In this document: piece after piece, positions 55,152-60,472 of the stretch
Layout of the letters: each line of letters starts with the position of its first letter
Position numbering within the stretch: the first letter of the stretch is position 1
Virus record (IMG/VR): IMGVR_UViG_3300026519_000014
Location: 1 to 60,472 of that record
Reading direction: 5' to 3' (one strand)
Source of the DNA: a virus
Lineage: Duplodnaviria; Caudoviricetes
Length of the DNA: 60,472 nucleotides
The notes under the pieces: model-generated
What the model saw: only the letters and a program-made list of their open reading frames with translations
Database searches by the model: none
Told to the model about the DNA's origin: nothing
Position numbers and translations under genes: made by a program

Positions 55152-55284
55152 TCTTTCAAGTGGAGGGGGTATTCTTCAACAAAATATCCTTGATTTTCTT
55201 CCATTGTTTTTTATTTGTGATAAAAGTATAAAATAATTTGATATATACCTAACTTTGTTATACTTTTATCAAAAATATATACTT

Positions 55285-56052
55285 ATGGCACAAAAAGAAA
55301 AAGAAATTAATGTTAATCAGGTAAATTATAGGGTTTATGAATCCCTTATTAAAGCTTGTCTAAATGATTATAAGAACGCTTTTAATCAGATGAATCCTGA
55401 AAGAAGGGTACAGTTTATTTTAACTTTACATCCTGCCAAATTAAAGTCTCATGATATATTAAAAAGGCAGGGACTAAGTGAACAAGAAATTAAAAAATAT
55501 AAAAATGAAAAAATTGAGGTAAGGTATCTTAGATTAGGAAAATTTTTTGAGAGAGTTTCTTTTTACATTCCTATCATAGAGGAATTTAAGCCTGGGTTTG
55601 TTTATCAGAAATTAAATATTGTAAATAAAGTATGGGAAGAAGTAGAATTTAAGCAAGGAGATATTATAAATCAAGAATTATTGGATAAGGAACAAATTAG
55701 AGTAGCTAAAATAAGCAAAGAAAAAGAAACACCTATTTATCAACAATCTATAAGATTAAAAACCAAACAAGAAGTGTTAAATGATAAATGGTGGAAAAGA
55801 GTTTTATATCTTGATTTGCTTAACACCTTAATGGCTAAGGGAATAGAGTATGGAGAAGTTTTGGAATTAGTTAGAAGGGGGGAGGAAGAAAAAGCTGTTC
55901 TTGCTAAAGAATTAGGGGAAAGTGCTAAACAAGTACTGGAAGCTAATAAGATAGTAATAAGAAAAGATATGCCTAAGAAATTATCTAAAGAAGATAAGGC
56001 TTATGTAGAGTATATCAAAAAGGAAAAAGAAAAACTAAAGAAGAAGGGATAA
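55285..56052 (+). CDS. Hypothetical protein
   Basis: Likely start MAQKEK; a TAACTTTG -7-like box lies at 55250-55257. Confidence 0.7.
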   Translation: MAQKEKEINVNQVNYRVYESLIKACLNDYKNAFNQMNPERRVQFILTLHPAKLKSHDILKRQGLSEQEIKKYKNEKIEVRYLRLGKFFERVSFYIPIIEEFKPGFVYQKLNIVNKVWEEVEFKQGDIINQELLDKEQIRVAKISKEKETPIYQQSIRLKTKQEVLNDKWWKRVLYLDLLNTLMAKGIEYGEVLELVRRGEEEKAVLAKELGESAKQVLEANKIVIRKDMPKKLSKEDKAYVEYIKKEKEKLKKKG

Positions 56053-56144
56053 GCATATCCGATATTTTAATTAAAGATTGGTTTTTGTATTAATAGTGGG
56101 TTTTTATATATACTTTCTTATATTTGAATAAAAAATAGATAATT

Positions 56145-56414
56145 ATGGCTAAAGGAAAAACAAAATCTGTATCTAAACCCAAGGTAAAGAAAGCTCTTTC
56201 TAAAAAGAAAGAAAAACCTATTGAGGAAGTTATTTTAGAAGCTGAAAAAGTTTCTGATAAAAAAATAGAAAAAAAGAATAAAAAAAGTAAACACAGTTTT
56301 CCTGATAAAGAAAAATGTAAACATACACACACTAAAAAGAAATTAAATAAAAGATTAAGAGTAGAATATATTTGCACTGAATGTGGCAAAGTAGTTAGAT
56401 TTGGTGGCAGATGA
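56145..56414 (+). CDS. Lys-rich protein with a C-terminal Zn-ribbon
   Basis: CKH...CTECG; a TATATTTG -7 box lies at 56119-56126. Confidence 0.65.
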   Translation: MAKGKTKSVSKPKVKKALSKKKEKPIEEVILEAEKVSDKKIEKKNKKSKHSFPDKEKCKHTHTKKKLNKRLRVEYICTECGKVVRFGGR

Positions 56415-56613
56415 GAAATAGTAAAACATATAATAATGAAAAACCCTCTTTCCAAAGGAAGGGCTATTATTATAGAAGCCCTATTGGAGAGGTTAGCTCT
56501 TGAAAAGCTAATCTCTGCTACAGAGCTTAAAAGATTACAAGTCTTGAAAGCACTGGAAGTAGAGGAGTTGTTTAAATTTTAAAAAAGTTTTCTGACACAA
56601 AACACAAGAAAAA

Positions 56614-56952
56614 ATGCAAAAAGAGTTAATAGTAACTAAAGCGTATGCTTATGTTACTGCAATCTCAGGGGTATTTATTACTGCCGCTAATCCATCTGGA
56701 CTTACTGTAAGAGAAAGAGAAGTTGTTGCTGTTTTATTGGATTTAATAGATGATGAAAAAATCAACCCCAGGATTCAAAAAGTAAAATGGCAAATATTTA
56801 AAAAAGCAGTCAATCTTAAAACTCAGTCTATGAGTAATATGATGAGGGTGTTAAAAAATAAAAAGGCTGTTTTTTTAGACAATGGTTATTACACCTTACA
56901 TCCTATTTTAAGAAAAGATAAAAGTTTAGTTATAAGGTATGAAACTAACTAA
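56614..56952 (+). CDS. Winged-helix-like DNA-binding protein
   Basis: LTVREREVVAVLL...SNMMRVLKNKKAV...YTLHPIL. Confidence 0.55.
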   Translation: MQKELIVTKAYAYVTAISGVFITAANPSGLTVREREVVAVLLDLIDDEKINPRIQKVKWQIFKKAVNLKTQSMSNMMRVLKNKKAVFLDNGYYTLHPILRKDKSLVIRYETN

Positions 56953-57301
56953 AGAAGAAATAGAAAACGGCAAATTCACTAAAAAGTTAAAAAATATAAA
57001 AGAAAAAGATGTTTCTGATATTTTAATGAAGCAAGTAGCAGAGGAGTTAAATGTGCCTTTAAGTTGGGTAAGAGAAGCTATTGTTAATGGACAAAGTAAG
57101 TATACTGCACATACAATGAAAAGTGGTTCATTTGATGGAGTAAGGTGGCCTTTTCTAGGAAAATTTACTGTTAAAGCAAAATCCGCCCAAGTATTAAAGC
57201 ATTTGAAAGGACTTACCCCTATTCAAAAAGATTTCTTTTTAATGAGAAAGGAGTTTGCTTTTTTTAAAAGAGTTTTTGATAATGGAAGAAAAAGAAGATG
57301 A
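56939..57301 (+). CDS. IHF/HU-like DNA-binding protein
   Basis: KQVAEELNVP...VRWPFLGKFTVK; IHF-like genes precede the terminase in crAss-like phages. Confidence 0.65.
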   Translation: MKLTKEEIENGKFTKKLKNIKEKDVSDILMKQVAEELNVPLSWVREAIVNGQSKYTAHTMKSGSFDGVRWPFLGKFTVKAKSAQVLKHLKGLTPIQKDFFLMRKEFAFFKRVFDNGRKRR

Positions 57302-57513
57302 GCAATAAAGAAACAAAAAATAATAAATTGGACGAGTTTAATGTTGTGGAGATTCCTTTTGAAAATAATGAACATACTACAGTTACTTGGAAAGTAGATA
57401 TTGTAGAGGAAGTAATATGTTCAGTATGTGATAAATTATTTGTACCTGATTTAAACAGGCCTCCTATTTTTTGTCCTGTATGTAAAGAAAAATTGAAAGT
57501 TTTAGTTTCATGA
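57298..57513 (+). CDS. Zn-ribbon protein
   Basis: CSVC...FCPVC. Confidence 0.65.
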   Translation: MSNKETKNNKLDEFNVVEIPFENNEHTTVTWKVDIVEEVICSVCDKLFVPDLNRPPIFCPVCKEKLKVLVS

Positions 57514-57926
57514 AAACAGTAGCAATAGATTTTGATGGAGTGATTCATAGCTATACAAAAGGTTGGCAAGATGGTTCTATTTATGATACAGAAGTAAAGG
57601 GGGCTTTAACTGCAATTTTAAAATTTAAAGAAAAAGGGTGGTCAGTATATATTTTGTCTACAAGAAATCCTTATCAAATAAAAAAATGGTTAGAGAATCT
57701 ACAAAACATTCACTATATGTTTCAAAAAGAAGCTAAATTGTCTTTTAAAGTTATACCTTGGTGGATGTTTTGGAAAAAATTTTGGAGTGGTGAAAATAAA
57801 ATAGCTATAACACAAAAGAAACTTGCTGCTCATATTTATATAGATGACAGAGCATATAAATTTACAGGTTTTTGGGATAACGCTACTTTTAAAGAAATAG
57901 TTGAATTTAAAACATATCAACAATGA
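57510..57926 (+). CDS. HAD-superfamily phosphatase
   Basis: AIDFDGVIHSY, ILSTR, K...YIDDRA. Confidence 0.85.
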   Translation: MKTVAIDFDGVIHSYTKGWQDGSIYDTEVKGALTAILKFKEKGWSVYILSTRNPYQIKKWLENLQNIHYMFQKEAKLSFKVIPWWMFWKKFWSGENKIAITQKKLAAHIYIDDRAYKFTGFWDNATFKEIVEFKTYQQ

Positions 57927-58495
57927 GTTTAACTTTGTTTGTTATAGAAGATTATGAACCTGCTCTTTCTAGAGAAGCTTTACTTATAGAGGAGTTTAAA
58001 GCTTTATATTCTAATAACTATAACAAACAAAAAGGAGATACTCAAGGAAGAAAAAAATTTAGGGCTATTCAGGAATGTAGGTTTATTTATCATTATTGTG
58101 ATTATAGGTCAGAATATTCTGAGTATGACGATCATGAAAGAAAATTAGAATCTTTACTTGCTGCAGGATTGCCTGAAAATTATAAATTCAGTCCTCAAAT
58201 GGAAGCCTGTATCAAGGTTTTTATTAAATTACAGGAAACAAGAATGCTTAAAACTTTAAAAGTAGCAGAAGAAGCTCTTGATAAGTTAAGAGTTTATCTT
58301 AGTAGTATTGATTTTAGTGAGAAAGATAAAAATGGGGCTTTAATACATAAACCAAAGGAAGTTATGGGTTTAATTGGAGATTTAGGAGTATATAATAAAA
58401 AACTTTCTACTTTGCAGAAGCAGGTAAAAGCAGAACTTAAAGAAACTGAATCTTTAAGGGGGGACCATAAAGGGGGATTTGATGGAGCAATCTAA
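57923..58495 (+). CDS. Helical protein upstream of the terminase (terminase small subunit candidate)
   Basis: Position, coiled-coil C-terminus and LRG tail. Confidence 0.45.
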   Translation: MSLTLFVIEDYEPALSREALLIEEFKALYSNNYNKQKGDTQGRKKFRAIQECRFIYHYCDYRSEYSEYDDHERKLESLLAAGLPENYKFSPQMEACIKVFIKLQETRMLKTLKVAEEALDKLRVYLSSIDFSEKDKNGALIHKPKEVMGLIGDLGVYNKKLSTLQKQVKAELKETESLRGDHKGGFDGAI

Positions 58496-58709
58496 ATATA
58501 GGATAGTAAAAGAAACTACTAGTAAAACATTAGTTTCAAGATACTATATAGAAAGAAGAAATAAATTTTTATGGTGGACTTGGTGGAGTAAGCTTGCTTT
58601 TTTTTCTCCTTTATATGATACTAGTTTTATAGAAAGTTTTACTACTTTGGCAGAAGCTGAAGAAAGAGTTAGAGAACTTAAAGATACAATAATACGTGAA
58701 ATCATTTAA
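58479..58709 (+). CDS. Small hypothetical protein
   Basis: YRIVKE...YYIERR...WW pattern. Confidence 0.6.
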   Translation: MMEQSKYRIVKETTSKTLVSRYYIERRNKFLWWTWWSKLAFFSPLYDTSFIESFTTLAEAEERVRELKDTIIREII

Positions 58710-60472
58710 TGGAAGATCAAGTCCCTATTATAGAAGTAGATCATGAAGCTGCTGCAGGATTTGCTTACCTTGGAAGTGAAGAAGGATTAGATGAGGCCAT
58801 AAAAGCCCAAAGAATACAAAAACTCAGAAAAACTATTAAAGGTACTTATAATAAAGAAGTACTGTATAATACTAAATTTACCCACACTGATTTATTTTCT
58901 GTTGCTGCTGCCCATAAGAAAAAATATGGGGTTTATTGTACTGCTCCTTTTGGTTCTAAAGCCTATAGGGAATATTGGTTGGAGCAGGGAAGAAGAAGTT
59001 TAGAAGGGTATAAGAATCCTGTTACCGGAGTTTGGGTTACCGGCTATCATTACTTTTTTCTTAATTTTAAACAACTGGAAATAGTAGATGACCCTTATTC
59101 TCCTGTTTCTACTAAAAGTACGTCTTTTCCCAGGTTTTGGGCTATTCACTGGCATTGGTTTATGGCTGTACAAGAAGCCGAAGAAAATGGTAAACATATT
59201 TGTTTACTAAAACCCAGAGGAACTGGTTTTTCTGAATTATTTTCTTCTATGGGAGCCAGGGATTATACTTTAAGAAAGAGAAAAAAGAGTTTTTATTTTG
59301 CTTCCCATAAAGATTATCTTTTAGGTGAAGGTATTGTACAAAAAGTATGGGATAACCTTGAATATTTAAATCAACATACAGAAAGAGGATTTAAAAGGTT
59401 AAGACAAAAAAAAGATACAGACTACCATAAAAGAGCATCTGAAGTTACCAGAAAAGGAGATGAAGTTTGGAAAGGTGGAGAAATTTTTGCCAGGATTTTA
59501 GATAATCCCAATAAAGCAAGGGGAGCAAGGGGATATAAGATATATTATGAAGAAGGAGGTTCTTTTGATAAAGTTGATATAGCCTGGAATATTGCCAGAC
59601 CTTTAGTAGAACAAGGAGGCATTGCTACAGGAACTCAAATATTATGGGGAACAGGAGGTGAAAGTGGGGCTGGTATTGCAGGACTTGAAGATATATTCAG
59701 GCATCCAAAAGCTTATAATTGTTTGGAGTTTGATAATTGTTGGGAAAAAGACCAAGGAGGAAAGCCTCATGGATTCTTTTTTCCAGTAGAAGCCTGTATG
59801 GATAGGTTTATGGATAAAGATGGAAATCCTGATTTTGAAGCTGGCAGAGCTTATCATTTAATGGAAAGAGCTACTATTAGGGAGGATAAACCTGAAAAAG
59901 AAGATAAATATATTGCAGAATATCCATTTACAGTTACAGAATGTCTTTTAAGAATTTCTTCAAATCATTTTCCTATTGCTGAACTGCAAAGACAAAAACT
60001 AAGGGTGCTTAATGATAAAGGAATACAGGGCTTCTTAAAATATGGGGATATAGTAAGAGATACGGAAAAAGGAGGATTTAAGTTTAAATTAGACCCTAAA
60101 GGTAAAAAAAGAGCAATTCAGGAATATCCCCATGACCAGGGGGGAGATTTATCTGGATGTGTAACTATGATAGAAGCTCCTTATACAGACCAATTAGGCC
60201 ATGTTCCTGCTAATATGTATTATGTATTAGTTGACCCCTTTTATAAAGATGATTCTACAGATAGAACTTCACTTGGAGCTATTTATGTCTATAAAGCAAT
60301 TAATAATTTTTCTGCTTCTGAAGGAGATATTATAGTAGCTTGGTATGTAGGCAGACCAAGAACTACAGATAAATTTCATAAAATAGTTTTTGATTTAGCC
60401 AGATTTTATGGAGCTACAGTACAGTCTGAAATTGCAGGAGGGGGAAAAGGGCTGTATGATTATGCTAAAATA
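58709..60472 (+). CDS. terL: Terminase large subunit, 3'-truncated by the window (absent from the ORF track)
   Basis: ATG at 58709; VTGYHYFFLNF, Walker A-like LKPRGTGFS, Walker B YYEEGGS, WGTGG, nuclease VDPFYKD...SLGAIYVYK. Confidence 0.92.
   Translation, partial: MEDQVPIIEVDHEAAAGFAYLGSEEGLDEAIKAQRIQKLRKTIKGTYNKEVLYNTKFTHTDLFSVAAAHKKKYGVYCTAPFGSKAYREYWLEQGRRSLEGYKNPVTGVWVTGYHYFFLNFKQLEIVDDPYSPVSTKSTSFPRFWAIHWHWFMAVQEAEENGKHICLLKPRGTGFSELFSSMGARDYTLRKRKKSFYFASHKDYLLGEGIVQKVWDNLEYLNQHTERGFKRLRQKKDTDYHKRASEVTRKGDEVWKGGEIFARILDNPNKARGARGYKIYYEEGGSFDKVDIAWNIARPLVEQGGIATGTQILWGTGGESGAGIAGLEDIFRHPKAYNCLEFDNCWEKDQGGKPHGFFFPVEACMDRFMDKDGNPDFEAGRAYHLMERATIREDKPEKEDKYIAEYPFTVTECLLRISSNHFPIAELQRQKLRVLNDKGIQGFLKYGDIVRDTEKGGFKFKLDPKGKKRAIQEYPHDQGGDLSGCVTMIEAPYTDQLGHVPANMYYVLVDPFYKDDSTDRTSLGAIYVYKAINNFSASEGDIIVAWYVGRPRTTDKFHKIVFDLARFYGATVQSEIAGGGKGLYDYAKI

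Noticed and set aside
976-59857. Short alternate-frame or antisense ORFs in the track (e.g. 976-1164, 2046-2252, 7889-8101, 13293-13511, 35636-36055, 51836-52150, 56090-56455, 59000-59197, 59642-59857)
   Set aside because: They are shadows of longer, motif-bearing genes.
1-60472. Stop-codon reassignment (TAG or TGA), known in some crAss-like phages
   Set aside because: Long genes are intact under code 11, and TAG and TGA both end genes at sensible boundaries.

Overview
AT-rich segment of a crAss-like (Crassvirales) phage genome, probably infecting a Bacteroidota host, translated with the standard code 11. The + strand from 1 to 23001 holds late virion genes: a tail stabilisation/muzzle protein cut by the left edge, two cargo/ejection proteins and a 4799-aa virion RNA polymerase polyprotein (DFDVDK motif plus a zincin domain). 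The - strand from about 52130 down to 23033 is the early/middle region: an AcrIII-1 (DUF1874) ring-nuclease homologue, an SSB candidate, PolA, SF2 and DnaB-like helicases, an AAA ATPase, primase, a complete Ubl-E2-JAB-E1 ubiquitin-like module and a RusA-like resolvase. A palindrome/iteron region at 52.1-52.8 kb is followed by Dps, a PD-(D/E)XK nuclease, an IHF-like protein, a HAD hydrolase and the large terminase, which runs off the right edge. The most unusual signals are: (1) a ~3.2 kb integron-like cassette array (23.7-26.9 kb) with attC-like hairpins and no integrase in the window, where reading frames cross the GTT core in the same phase and one hairpin encloses a whole gene; (2) the ubiquitin-like operon; (3) two large, highly base-paired non-coding regions (~470 nt and ~790 nt); (4) an inverted pair of XerD/dif half-sites. 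All calls come from reading motifs by eye; no searches were run.
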